Shown here in pieces: positions 37,677-46,712 of a stretch of 64,000 nt of DNA. Under the pieces are notes generated by a model, which saw only the letters and a program-made list of their open reading frames with translations, ran no database searches and had not been told where the DNA came from. This stretch comes from an uncultured virus (IMG/VR IMGVR_UViG_3300006467_000155) (lineage: Duplodnaviria > Heunggongvirae > Uroviricota > Caudoviricetes). A program made the translations under genes and the position numbers. How positions within the stretch are numbered: the stretch's first letter is position 1; the number at the start of each line of letters is the position of its first letter. The stretch lies in the IMG/VR virus record IMGVR_UViG_3300006467_000155. One strand, 5' to 3'.

Positions 37677-38633
37677 TTAGCCGATGTTGGTGTACTTCAC
37701 AACGGCTTCTTCTTCCTCGTACTTGAAGTCAACCCGGGCAGTCAGAACGATCACGAAGACACGCTCAGTGATGATCTTATCGACTTCCAGAGAAAGCTGG
37801 CGCTGGATACCGAAGATCATGTTCTGCGGCGGAGTCAGGATGCCACTTGCTTCCGGCATCAGAGCTGCACCTTCAACAGGCACACCGTGCGCGTAGGTCA
37901 TGGGCACACCATTGATGTTCGCATCACCAATGGCGGTCTCACGGGACGCCAGACTGTCGCGGTACTCGATGTGGTTGTTGTGCGAGACGAAGTTGCGAAT
38001 CGCGGTCAGGTTACGCAGATATTCTTTCGGCATGGTTTTCAGGCCGTTCTTGAACATCGTGCGGCTGATCGGAGAGTTCGCCACGTCTACCACGTTGCTG
38101 GTTGCTTGCTTCAGGAAACCGTCCAGCATACCAAGGTATGCGTCGGTACCTGAGACAGCCGTGTCACCCAGCAGGGCCAGTTCTTCCAGATCGAGGGCAG
38201 CACGCTCTGCGATCAGGTCGATGATGGTGTCCTTGATACCACCAGACACAGGCTGAGGTGAGGAGTTTGCACCGGCAGCGTTGATGTTGCCCTGCTCGAT
38301 GTTGTCCTCGATCACGTCATACGGCAGGCGGATTTCAGCGATCACTTCCTTGGTGTTCAACTGAACCTGCTCAGTGCTTGGCTTGCTGCGATCTGATTCG
38401 CTCAGCGCCGTGGCACTGGTGGCCTTACGCATGATGCGAGTGCCGAAACCGATCTTGTTGATGTTACGCTGAGGAGCGTTCATCACCACGGTACGAGACT
38501 GGCGCAGAAGCGTGGGCTGCAGACGCAGTTTGCGGATGAAGGAATTGGCCTGCTCGGCGTTAAGGGCCCCGCCCGATGCCAGATCGGAAAGGGTCATGTC
38601 CGCCTTCTGGATAATTTGGCTGTTGCTGCTCAT
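37677..38633 (-). CDS. Major capsid protein (HK97 fold, XkdG-like)
   Basis: GG.LNAEQANSFI, KIGFGTRI, IEDNIE, DLEELAL.GD, DGFLK. Confidence 0.9.
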   Translation of the reverse strand: MSSNSQIIQKADMTLSDLASGGALNAEQANSFIRKLRLQPTLLRQSRTVVMNAPQRNINKIGFGTRIMRKATSATALSESDRSKPSTEQVQLNTKEVIAEIRLPYDVIEDNIEQGNINAAGANSSPQPVSGGIKDTIIDLIAERAALDLEELALLGDTAVSGTDAYLGMLDGFLKQATSNVVDVANSPISRTMFKNGLKTMPKEYLRNLTAIRNFVSHNNHIEYRDSLASRETAIGDANINGVPMTYAHGVPVEGAALMPEASGILTPPQNMIFGIQRQLSLEVDKIITERVFVIVLTARVDFKYEEEEAVVKYTNIG

Positions 38634-38689
38634 GTTAAATCTCCTGATTTTCGTTCAATTAACCCTTTCGGATTTGGGTCTGTTACACC

Positions 38690-39988
38690 TTAGGCCTCGA
38701 AGCCCGGGAACTTGAGTGCGTTGTCAAACAACCCACCCTCGCTTTCACCTTTCACCACTCGACGGTTAGTGACGCCAGTGTCCGTGTCTTCCGGTGCAGC
38801 GTTGGTCACTGTACCCCGGACTGCCTCGTCAGCGGATTTCGCAAGTTTCGATGTTTCTGAGACTTGCTCCTCCAACTTGCCTACCTTGGCATCAAGACCT
38901 TCAAGAGATTTTTCCAGATCGCTCTTGACGGTTTTGAACTTCTCGTCGAACAGGTTGCCGAGCTTGTTCAGTAGGTCGTCCGTAGAATCAGTTTCGGACT
39001 TCTGCACATTTGCTGCAACCTTTTCATCGCCAGCAGGGCCAGAATTTGACTCGCCAGCAGCCCCAGTGTCACCAGCATCGCCAGCGTCACCACCAGTGTT
39101 GTCGTCGTCAAGACCTTCGACACTGCCCACTTCGCCGGCACTGTCACCACCTTCGGAACCTTCAGTAGAGGCATTTTCTGTGCCCTCCGTACCTTCCGGG
39201 GCAGCGCCTTCTTCACCTTCCTTCGCAGCAGCGGCGGCGGCCTTTTCTTCCTCAGAAGAAGTGCCCTTGGTCTGCGGCTCAGCGTCAGGGCGCTTGTCCT
39301 TTTCCTTCTGCTCCTGAGAGTTCAGAAGGCCTTTTTTCAGTTCAACAACCGAGTCCCGGAACTCGTCGGATTCCATCTTGAACAGTTGCATCGGCATACC
39401 GCCCACCATGGAAGTGACGTACTCACGATACTCATCCAGCACGGATTCGATCTTGGCGATGGTTGTCGCTTGGTCACCCTCGGACCAGACCACGTTCATG
39501 ATGGTTTCCAACATTACGTCAGACGCCATGCGAACGCTTGGCAGGAAGCCGGCACCTTGCATGTTCTCCATGAAGGATTCGGAGTCCGGGTAGGTCACCA
39601 CACCCTTTTCGAGGTGCATGACGAAGGCGGCAATGTCGTCAGACATTTTGACCACATCCGCGTCATCGGCAGAGAAGTCTTCATCGAACTTCACGATGTG
39701 AGCGTCTTCATGCTCAACAACCTCAACCACGTCATAGGATTTTTTCAGGGCTTCAATAATCGCTGCCTGATTGTCACCAGACGCGACTGCCACTGCACCA
39801 ATGACCGGGGTCTTTGGCTCGCTCTTGCGGAAAAAGATTTTGCTCAGATCAATAGCCATGTCGTTGTCCTCCGACTTTACGAGACGATAAGGGATTCTGT
39901 TTGCTCCCCGCTTCACCAAACTGAGGAAGTCCACTTCAACGTCCGTAACTTCCCGGGCCTTAATTACGACCTTCTTACGATTCGCCAT
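38690..39988 (-). CDS. Scaffold/maturation protein
   Basis: N-terminal EVDFLSLVKRGAN, long acidic low-complexity linker, C-terminal coiled coil; precedes the MCP. Confidence 0.7.
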   Translation of the reverse strand: MANRKKVVIKAREVTDVEVDFLSLVKRGANRIPYRLVKSEDNDMAIDLSKIFFRKSEPKTPVIGAVAVASGDNQAAIIEALKKSYDVVEVVEHEDAHIVKFDEDFSADDADVVKMSDDIAAFVMHLEKGVVTYPDSESFMENMQGAGFLPSVRMASDVMLETIMNVVWSEGDQATTIAKIESVLDEYREYVTSMVGGMPMQLFKMESDEFRDSVVELKKGLLNSQEQKEKDKRPDAEPQTKGTSSEEEKAAAAAAKEGEEGAAPEGTEGTENASTEGSEGGDSAGEVGSVEGLDDDNTGGDAGDAGDTGAAGESNSGPAGDEKVAANVQKSETDSTDDLLNKLGNLFDEKFKTVKSDLEKSLEGLDAKVGKLEEQVSETSKLAKSADEAVRGTVTNAAPEDTDTGVTNRRVVKGESEGGLFDNALKFPGFEA

Positions 39989-40553
39989 TTAGGAACACCT
40001 CATAAAAAGAAAAGCGGTGCGTGTGACCTTTGGCTTTTTCGGTCACCGTTCCCTTGATGATTTCGTGCTGGTGATCCTGTTCATCGTCTGTGACCCCGCC
40101 CAAGAAATTCCCTTCTTCATCAAAGAAGACACGGAACTTATGGGTGTGGCCATCTACTTCACTGGTCTCACCATCAACATACTCGGGGACTTCAATTTCA
40201 ATTTCGACATCCCGCCCTTTGGCGCTTGCCTCCACACTGAAACCGTTGAACTCGCCCTTTTTGACTGCTTCCCACGTATCCGCATCCCGTATGTGCACGC
40301 CAGCTACCCACGAACCGGGAATGAATACCGGGTCACCGTCTCGGGCAATGAAGGATTCCACTACCACGGCGTCCACCAACTCATTGTTGTGGTTCGTATC
40401 TATCTGGCCTACACGCATGTTGGCCATAAAATCATGAGCCATTTTGCGGATGGTTTCGGCACTCATGAAGTCACCCTGAGAGTCAGGCAGGCCCGGGGCG
40501 TAGACTTCCCCCCAGACAATCTGCAGTTCTTCATCAGACTTCTTAACTCTCAT
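39975..40553 (-). CDS. XkdF-like prohead serine protease with His-rich tail
   Basis: IVWGEVY.P...DSQGDF, IDTNH, VVESFI, GSW, W.AVKKGEFNGFS. Confidence 0.85.
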   Translation of the reverse strand: MRVKKSDEELQIVWGEVYAPGLPDSQGDFMSAETIRKMAHDFMANMRVGQIDTNHNNELVDAVVVESFIARDGDPVFIPGSWVAGVHIRDADTWEAVKKGEFNGFSVEASAKGRDVEIEIEVPEYVDGETSEVDGHTHKFRVFFDEEGNFLGGVTDDEQDHQHEIIKGTVTEKAKGHTHRFSFYEVFLNGES

Positions 40554-40603
40554 GGTGGCTTCCCTTAAATCATGTAGCAGCCAACAATCTGACTGTTACA
40601 TGA

Positions 40604-40632
40604 AGGGTAAGCCCTCCACTAAGGACGTGCAA
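40604..40632 (-). promoter_or_regulatory. Candidate weak promoter of the structural operon
   Basis: TTGCAC-N17-TACCCT, 9 bp downstream of a palindrome copy. Confidence 0.4.
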
Positions 40633-41055
40633 CTACCAGTTTGACATTAATGTCACTTGCTCAATGGCGTCATCGAGGGTTGGGATAGGCGGGTATAGCG
40701 TGGGACGGAGGTCTTTCAGGTGGAAAGGCAGGCACTTGTGAAGCCCCAGTACCTTTCGTATCTCCGCTATTTCCTGATGGGGAACATCGTGTTTGTAGCT
40801 CAGGTATCGGTAGGTGTAATCCCGGTGGGCTCGCTTCAACAACCGGTAATAACGCAGGAAGATTAATATGGTTCGGTACTGCAGGAAATTCAGGCTCTTT
40901 GGGCGCTCCCGGTAGCACTTTTGGAGCGTGGGTTGGGATACTCCGATAACCTTCGACAGGTGTACCGGAGTGTACTGGACTATGAGTTCTTTTATGGCGT
41001 TCCCGATCAGCATGTCTTCGATCAGGGCTTGCCGTTTAGTTTCCGGGAGTCCCAT
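40633..41055 (-). CDS. HTH-containing protein
   Basis: LSKVIGVSQPTL; LQYRTI..FL shared with 41231..41764. Confidence 0.6.
   Translation of the reverse strand: MGLPETKRQALIEDMLIGNAIKELIVQYTPVHLSKVIGVSQPTLQKCYRERPKSLNFLQYRTILIFLRYYRLLKRAHRDYTYRYLSYKHDVPHQEIAEIRKVLGLHKCLPFHLKDLRPTLYPPIPTLDDAIEQVTLMSNW
40642..40655. repeat. 14-bp palindrome copy (exact)
   Basis: In the last codons of 40633..41055, upstream of the head operon. Confidence 0.95.
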
Positions 41056-41058
41056 GTG

Positions 41059-41412
41059 CTACTCCGCCCTCAGCAGGGCTTCCAGATATTCAGCGTATCG
41101 CTTCCAGTTGTTGAGGTCACCGTCTGTGAAGCAGTCCGGGCAGAACTCCATACTTGGGTCTCCCGGCTCTGGCAGCAGGCGCTTGTAATGACCGCAGCCG
41201 GCGCAGTGTCCATCCTTTGAGAAAGCCCAGTTACGCGACTGGTAATCTACGCCGAAGTTCTTTCGCGCTTTGGCTAACTCTGGGTTGGGGTCGGGGGTCT
41301 TTTGGATTCCCGGGGCATTCCTCTGCAACCACGAAGTGCCAACCTCCACCATCAGCTCGGCTTGGTCTTTGTTTCTTGGGGTCTGCACCCACTCGCCTAA
41401 GTTGTTGCTCAT
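41059..41412 (-). CDS. Hypothetical protein with CxxC pairs
   Basis: CAGC...CPDC; AGGAGG RBS. Confidence 0.55.
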   Translation of the reverse strand: MSNNLGEWVQTPRNKDQAELMVEVGTSWLQRNAPGIQKTPDPNPELAKARKNFGVDYQSRNWAFSKDGHCAGCGHYKRLLPEPGDPSMEFCPDCFTDGDLNNWKRYAEYLEALLRAE

Positions 41413-41764
41413 CTACTTGCCTCCTGTACTCGTAGTAAGCCCGCCGTATCGAGGCCTCGGATACTCCGAAGTCCACCGACAGGGCGTACCAGCTTCGTCT
41501 TTTATATTCGATTCTGGCTTCATCCGCCAGCCCCAAAAACACCTTGATGGTGCGGTACTGCAGGTAGGTCATTTTGGTGAAGGGCCAATCCGTGCGGCAC
41601 TTGTCCAGTGTGTCATCACGGTACCCGAACTGCTTTCTCAGGGTGCCGCGCCGGAAGGTGTGGTAGCGGACCTCGAACCGGTCGCGCAAGATGAACTGCT
41701 CTACCAGTTTGGCCTTCTCCCCACAGGTGAGGTTGGTCATCATGTCAGCAGGCAGTTTCAGCAT
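41231..41764 (-). CDS. HTH-containing protein, paralog of 40633..41055
   Basis: Likely start MLKLP at 41764; ALSVDFGVSEASIRR. Confidence 0.55.
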   Translation of the reverse strand: MLKLPADMMTNLTCGEKAKLVEQFILRDRFEVRYHTFRRGTLRKQFGYRDDTLDKCRTDWPFTKMTYLQYRTIKVFLGLADEARIEYKRRSWYALSVDFGVSEASIRRAYYEYRRQVDEQQLRRVGADPKKQRPSRADGGGWHFVVAEECPGNPKDPRPQPRVSQSAKELRRRLPVA

Positions 41765-41973
41765 CAGTAGAATTCCTCCAACTCCCAGATTCCCATATTG
41801 ATCCGGTAGTGGTTGGCCAGCAATACAAAGATTCTGAGACTCGGGTTCTCCGGTGGGTTGTCTCGCCAGTTGAGCAGGGTGTTGTAGGAACACCCCAAAT
41901 CCTCAGCTAAGTCCTGAAGGCACTCCCCCTGCAGGTTGCGGGTTATGAGTGCCATAGCCTCCCGGCGTTTCAC
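41764..41973 (-). CDS. Small XRE/Cro-like HTH protein
   Basis: LQDLAEDLGCSYNTLLNW....NPSL....LA. Confidence 0.75.
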   Translation of the reverse strand: MKRREAMALITRNLQGECLQDLAEDLGCSYNTLLNWRDNPPENPSLRIFVLLANHYRINMGIWELEEFY

Positions 41974-42248
41974 TTGGCCAACTCCTCAGCAAGGGCTTGC
42001 TTTACCCGGGCAGCCATTTCACGCTGCTCCTCGTCCTTGGCATCCAGCTTGAAAATGCAGATGCCCGGGGCGTCCGGGGTGCCACTGACAACAGCTACCG
42101 GATCACCCATCACGTCATTGTGAAACCGGGCGTCTTCGATCATCTCGAACACGGCAGGCTGCGACTTGGGGGTGGCCACACACGTACCACTGAAAAACTC
42201 GTGCTTGGCTTGCGGGTTTTTGCTGATGTAAAAGACCTTGGTTTCCAT
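41970..42248 (-). CDS. Hypothetical early protein
   Basis: ATG after the P4 hairpin RBS. Confidence 0.65.
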   Translation of the reverse strand: METKVFYISKNPQAKHEFFSGTCVATPKSQPAVFEMIEDARFHNDVMGDPVAVVSGTPDAPGICIFKLDAKDEEQREMAARVKQALAEELAK

Positions 42249-42287
42249 GTGCTTCCCTCCTTGGGAATGATTGGTTGCTGTACTTTC

Positions 42288-42316
42288 AGTATCGTTCAGC
42301 CCCACAAATTTGTCAA
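42288..42316 (-). promoter_or_regulatory. sigma70-like promoter P4
   Basis: TTGACA-N17-GATACT. Confidence 0.85.
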
Positions 42317-42324
42317 ATAATTTG

Positions 42325-42338
42325 TGACATTAATGTCA
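42325..42338. repeat. 14-bp palindrome copy (exact)
   Basis: 8 bp upstream of the P4 -35; supplies the stop of the upstream gene. Confidence 0.95.
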
Positions 42339-42851
42339 CTGGTCTTTCTCGGCCTCGGCCACCCGGAGGGCCCCCTTCAGGTGCTTGCATCCCTTGCAAT
42401 CCCAGTTGTGTAGGGTGGCCTCCCCCATACGCTTGTGCTGCATACACTCTTTGCTCATGGGGTCCGGGATCACCTTATGATGAGGCACCGTTACGGTCAC
42501 AGGAGTTCCATCTCCCTGAAGAAGCTCTATATCGAGGTCACCGTCAGTAACAAGTACTTCGGTTTCATAGTCTTGTCGGTTGAAGCACTTGGGCTTGCCC
42601 GGGGGCGGGTTCCACGGCTCCGAGTCAATGACTTCCCCCTCGTCTTCCAATGGGAAGACCGCCTCCAACACTTCGTGGAGGAAGGCCCGGGAAATGTTCT
42701 TGTCTCTCTCGTTCAAGGCCAGCAGTACCTCGGGGCTCAACACCGTCGAGGCGCTGGTGGGGTGGTCACATGGAATCACCACAGACACCCGCCGCTGCCG
42801 GCGAGTCGTGTCAAACTCCACCTCCACGTAGGGCTCATTTACCTTTGGCAT
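42336..42851 (-). CDS. Hypothetical protein
   Basis: Likely start MPKVNE. Confidence 0.55.
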   Translation of the reverse strand: MPKVNEPYVEVEFDTTRRQRRVSVVIPCDHPTSASTVLSPEVLLALNERDKNISRAFLHEVLEAVFPLEDEGEVIDSEPWNPPPGKPKCFNRQDYETEVLVTDGDLDIELLQGDGTPVTVTVPHHKVIPDPMSKECMQHKRMGEATLHNWDCKGCKHLKGALRVAEAEKDQ

Positions 42852-43026
42852 TGGTGGTCTCCACTCGCATTCTTGAGACACTGTAGACTTCCGCGTCTTG
42901 GATGGGTTCATCGGGGTGAAGGCCCCGCTTCCAGCATTCAACAGACTCTCGCAGGTATTGCTTCATCTCCTGCACAGAGACTCCGGGCGGTCTCTCCACC
43001 CGGATGGTGTAGGTCTCCACAGCCAT
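42835..43026 (-). CDS. Hypothetical protein
   Basis: Coupled small ORF. Confidence 0.55.
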   Translation of the reverse strand: MAVETYTIRVERPPGVSVQEMKQYLRESVECWKRGLHPDEPIQDAEVYSVSRMRVETTNAKGK

Positions 43027-43220
43027 TACAGCTCCTCCATCATTTTCTTGAGCTTTCGTGTGGTTACAGGGTCTCCCCCCGCAGCCGCGAGGCCACGGAG
43101 GTAGGATTTAGCCTTGGCTGGCGGAAGCTCTTTGATGCGCTTTTTAGCCAGCTTGATGACTTCGTTATCGGTTGGGGGTGCCCCGGGTTCCGACTTCTTG
43201 CGTGTGATCCGGATCGCCAT
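43026..43220 (-). CDS. Basic small protein, paralog of 43891..44154
   Basis: MAIRITRKK...AKSYL. Confidence 0.6.
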   Translation of the reverse strand: MAIRITRKKSEPGAPPTDNEVIKLAKKRIKELPPAKAKSYLRGLAAAGGDPVTTRKLKKMMEEL

Positions 43221-43222
43221 GA

Positions 43223-43864
43223 TCAACCCCACATTGCGTCAGAGTCATCCTCACCCTTTTTCTTTGTCTTCGGGGCCTTGGTGACTGATGCTGGTTTGGT
43301 AGCGGCCTTGGTTTCCTCAATGTCTTTGCTGACTTTTGGATCGTAGCCATTCGCTCCCCAATTGGTGGTCTTATGGGGTACATACTCCTCCACCTCCTCC
43401 ATGCGCCGGTCCTGCCCATAGCGCCGGTACTTCACGTCCAGATGGAGGTCTACCTGTTGGAGCAGGCTGTACCATTCCGGCACGGCCTTACCCACGAATT
43501 CATAGATGCGGGGTCGGCCATTGGGAGCCCCCCGGGCCGCCGTGAAGGTGAAGGTCACCACTCCGTCTTCGTCAGTGACCGGTACAGTCACTTCCTTTGC
43601 GTACACGTCCACGGTTTGCAGGTCACCTTCGTTGCCCTTGTAGAAGCTCTCCGGTTCCGGTTTCTTGGTGTCGGGTTTTTCTGGCTCCGGTGTTTTCACC
43701 AGTTCCAGTGCTTGCTGTTCAGGCACCACTTCTTCGATCACTTCCAGCGCATCCCGGAATGCCTCAAGCATGTTGTCCGGTGCGTGTCGCTTCTCCGGTG
43801 CAAGGGCAAATTCAATGGCTATCCAGTCCTTCCACTGCTGTTCGGTTTTTCCTGACAGAATCAT
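43223..43864 (-). CDS. Hypothetical protein
   Basis: 213-aa ORF. Confidence 0.6.
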   Translation of the reverse strand: MILSGKTEQQWKDWIAIEFALAPEKRHAPDNMLEAFRDALEVIEEVVPEQQALELVKTPEPEKPDTKKPEPESFYKGNEGDLQTVDVYAKEVTVPVTDEDGVVTFTFTAARGAPNGRPRIYEFVGKAVPEWYSLLQQVDLHLDVKYRRYGQDRRMEEVEEYVPHKTTNWGANGYDPKVSKDIEETKAATKPASVTKAPKTKKKGEDDSDAMWG

Positions 43865-43890
43865 GTCTTTCTTCCCCTTTCGTTTGTTGG

Positions 43891-44154
43891 TTACAGGTCG
43901 TCAATCAGTTTGATGATTTCCTGATGGGTCTTTACTTCCGGGCCCCACAGGTTCGCCATGCGGTCCAGATAGTCCCGGGCATCCGCAGGCTTCATCTTCT
44001 GAGCCTTGGACCGGACATTGTGAATTATGTCCCAGTTTGGGTCTTTCAACTTGGGCTCCGGCGCGGCCTTGCCGGCAGGGACCATCCCCTTCTGGAACTC
44101 CGAGAACTCCTGTTTGGGTTTGTCTACTTTCTTTCTGGTGATCCTAACTGCCAT
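43891..44154 (-). CDS. Basic small protein, paralog of 43026..43220
   Basis: MAVRITRKK...ARDYL. Confidence 0.6.
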   Translation of the reverse strand: MAVRITRKKVDKPKQEFSEFQKGMVPAGKAAPEPKLKDPNWDIIHNVRSKAQKMKPADARDYLDRMANLWGPEVKTHQEIIKLIDDL

Positions 44155-44878
44155 ACTCTGTCTCCCACATGTCAACCACTCTGTCGATAGCCACGATCAG
44201 CCATTCCGTTAATTCTTTGGCTTCTTTCAGGCCCCACCCAGTTACCTCACGTACCCGCTTGATCGCATGGACCTTGCTCGGAGTGTCGATACTGTCAGGC
44301 GGAATCCAGTTGTCAAACAACGCCGAGTCCGTGGTGTATGCCGAGAAGAACTGCAAGGTAGTGGCAACCACGTTTATCTTGTCTGCCGCGTTCAGCAAAT
44401 CAAGCTGGCCTATTGGCTCCTCGAACATGTCCGGGTGGCCATAGATCATTTGCAGTACTGACACCACCACCTTCGAGTCAATGCCCGGGGCCCATAGTAT
44501 ATTCTTTGCTGTATCAATCACTGCTGTAGGCAGGTGGCCCCACCCCAGAGGTAAATTCAGCCCACCTTCTTCCATCGTTCCCTCATAAACACCACTGGGC
44601 TTACCCTTTACCAAGGTGGCAAAATTCTTGGCCCCGGATTCCATGTGCATGGTCAGGGTGCCTTTGGCGTTAAAGTGCTTGGGCGGGTGCTTGTCCAGAA
44701 GCTCCTTATCAACCTTGGACAATGTTGGCGTGTCTATGTGGTGCTCTACCTGAGTCACTGCATGGTAGGCGTCACAGAAGGCCTTGGGGTAGTTCTTGGC
44801 CAGCTCCACCAGAATCTCCCGGTACATTCCGTCCAAGGATTCCAGAATGTCGATGGCTTCTTTGTAGTATTTGCTCAT
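44144..44878 (-). CDS. Protein with C-terminal ribosomal bL12 (L7/L12) CTD-like motif
   Basis: KVHAIKRVREVTGWGLKEAKELTE. Confidence 0.7.
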   Translation of the reverse strand: MSKYYKEAIDILESLDGMYREILVELAKNYPKAFCDAYHAVTQVEHHIDTPTLSKVDKELLDKHPPKHFNAKGTLTMHMESGAKNFATLVKGKPSGVYEGTMEEGGLNLPLGWGHLPTAVIDTAKNILWAPGIDSKVVVSVLQMIYGHPDMFEEPIGQLDLLNAADKINVVATTLQFFSAYTTDSALFDNWIPPDSIDTPSKVHAIKRVREVTGWGLKEAKELTEWLIVAIDRVVDMWETEYGS

Positions 44879-44917
44879 TATCCCCTCCATGAGCAGGCCC
44901 CCGAAGGGGCCAGTGGA

Positions 44918-45316
44918 TTATTCTTCGTCAGTGATGAAGTCCAGCATGGACTGCAGGGATTCCCGGGAGCGGGATTTCCCCTCCCGGCTGTACTCCGACA
45001 CCATGTTATGGGCCATGCCAGTAGAGCAGAGGTTATCCCGGTTCTTGAGAAGCTGGTCTGTGACCATATCCAGTTCATCCCGCAGATGCTTCAAGAAGTC
45101 AGGGTGCTCAATGTCACCACCGGCACTGGCCAAGGTCTTCTTCAGGCGCATGAAGGGCTCTGCTTCGGTCTGCTTGGTGATCATCTGCTGGGACAACCAG
45201 CCAATGGCGTGGACCGGGTTATTGTCCAGTGCCTTCATCATCTCGGCTTTCACGTCCTCGAAGTCTTGGATTCTCAGGTGCATCTGGATTTCGATGGTCT
45301 GCTTCTTGTTGCTCAT
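44918..45316 (-). CDS. Hypothetical early protein
   Basis: ATG after the P5 hairpin RBS. Confidence 0.65.
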   Translation of the reverse strand: MSNKKQTIEIQMHLRIQDFEDVKAEMMKALDNNPVHAIGWLSQQMITKQTEAEPFMRLKKTLASAGGDIEHPDFLKHLRDELDMVTDQLLKNRDNLCSTGMAHNMVSEYSREGKSRSRESLQSMLDFITDEE

Positions 45317-45355
45317 ATCCTGTCCCTCCTTGGGATAGTGTTTTGGTGTACTTTC

Positions 45356-45384
45356 AGTATCGTTCACCCGGGATAATTTGTCAA
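45356..45384 (-). promoter_or_regulatory. sigma70-like promoter P5
   Basis: TTGACA-N17-GATACT. Confidence 0.85.
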
Positions 45385-45391
45385 ATGGTTT

Positions 45392-45405
45392 TGACATTAA
45401 TGTCA
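45392..45405. repeat. 14-bp palindrome copy (exact)
   Basis: 7 bp upstream of the P5 -35; supplies the stop of 45403..45783. Confidence 0.95.
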
Positions 45406-45783
45406 TTCCATCTTTCGCCCGGGGCCACCGCTCTCGAAGCGTAAGGTGCTTGGAGGGGCCTTCGGTCTTCCCTTCACTATCTCGATACGGTCGGCCAAGT
45501 CCTTGTCGTTCTTCAGCCGCTCGATATACACGCAGGCGTCCATCAATTCTTCCTGCAGGTGGGTAAGCCATCCCATCATGTCAATGTCTTTCCGGGCCGT
45601 GGTGACCCCGTACTTCTTGTCCCCCACTTCCGCACGAGAAACCATCTTACTGGCCACCGCCCGGGTGTTCGGGTCACGACAGGTCAGAACCAGAGGCTCC
45701 AATCGAGCCCCAACAGAATCATCATTAGCAGTAGGGTCATACCCTGCAGACAGGTCAAGGCTTTCGTCCTTATGTTTGGCCAT
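45403..45783 (-). CDS. All-alpha NTP pyrophosphatase (MazG-like) fold protein
   Basis: G.KKYG.T..R.D....WL.HLQEELMDACVY. Confidence 0.5.
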   Translation of the reverse strand: MAKHKDESLDLSAGYDPTANDDSVGARLEPLVLTCRDPNTRAVASKMVSRAEVGDKKYGVTTARKDIDMMGWLTHLQEELMDACVYIERLKNDKDLADRIEIVKGRPKAPPSTLRFESGGPGRKME

Positions 45784-45801
45784 TGCTTACTCCTCACTCG
45801 T

Positions 45802-46410
45802 TTATTCATCGTCTTTGTCCTTGGGTAGTATACCTTCTTCTTTGAGAATATGGCCCAGCAAATGGTAGGTCGCCAGTGCCATGGAGGGGTCTAGGGTCTG
45901 GTTTCCAAGCATGGTGTCTATCGAATCGGAGTACAGAGCGTGGGTCATTGGAACCTGCTCTTTCAAGGCCTGTAGGATTCCGTATGGGATGCGAAGGTGC
46001 AGACGTAAAGACATAGTAGCCACATCCTGATCTGCGGCTAACTTCACCCCGCTCCCAAGGTAAATCTCTGGCTTGTTCTTCCCGGGGTGATGGGTGAAGT
46101 ACTGCTCATACGGCTGGCCGGTCAGGGGGTGAAACACCGTCCACTTGGTCCCTGTGGCCGTTTGGTCTTTGCCTATTGCGTGGTCCACCGCGTCCTCCAA
46201 GATTTCGTAATCAAGGCTCACATTCTCGTGCCCGTGCCAAAGCTCAGCGTTCCACACCCCCGCCCCGTGCGCCTGATACGAGTGGTTGGCCCCCACAGGC
46301 AGGTGTTCTGATTTCTTTTTAAAGGAATCGAAGGCGGTCTTCTCTTTCTCCAACTGATTCATCATGTCTTTGGCGATCATATCAACCATGAACTTTGGTA
46401 GGTTTGCCAT
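45802..46410 (-). CDS. Hypothetical protein
   Basis: Likely start MANLPK. Confidence 0.55.
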   Translation of the reverse strand: MANLPKFMVDMIAKDMMNQLEKEKTAFDSFKKKSEHLPVGANHSYQAHGAGVWNAELWHGHENVSLDYEILEDAVDHAIGKDQTATGTKWTVFHPLTGQPYEQYFTHHPGKNKPEIYLGSGVKLAADQDVATMSLRLHLRIPYGILQALKEQVPMTHALYSDSIDTMLGNQTLDPSMALATYHLLGHILKEEGILPKDKDDE

Positions 46411-46649
46411 TACTGTGCTGCCCATTCCCGAAGGCGTTGCAGGCCGGCTTCAATGGTGTTATGAATCCATGCCTCGCCCCGGGTCTGCTTGTAGAAGGAA
46501 GGGTGAACCATGGCCTCCCAACACTGACCAAACAGCTTCTTGTCCTCTCTCGGCAGGGCCCGGAAGGTCTGGACTATTTTCAGTCCACCTTTCAGGTCGC
46601 CAGCGTTGATCAGGTCTTTGGCTTGTTGGGTCTTGGTCACGTAGGTCAT
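46410..46649 (-). CDS. Hypothetical early protein
   Basis: First gene after P6. Confidence 0.6.
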   Translation of the reverse strand: MTYVTKTQQAKDLINAGDLKGGLKIVQTFRALPREDKKLFGQCWEAMVHPSFYKQTRGEAWIHNTIEAGLQRLREWAAQ

Positions 46650-46683
46650 GGCTCAACTCCGTTTAAATATTTGCCGTACTCTC

Positions 46684-46712
46684 AGTATCTTCTATGTACC
46701 AGAGTTTGTCAA
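46684..46712 (-). promoter_or_regulatory. sigma70-like promoter P6
   Basis: TTGACA-N17-GATACT; no adjacent palindrome. Confidence 0.8.
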
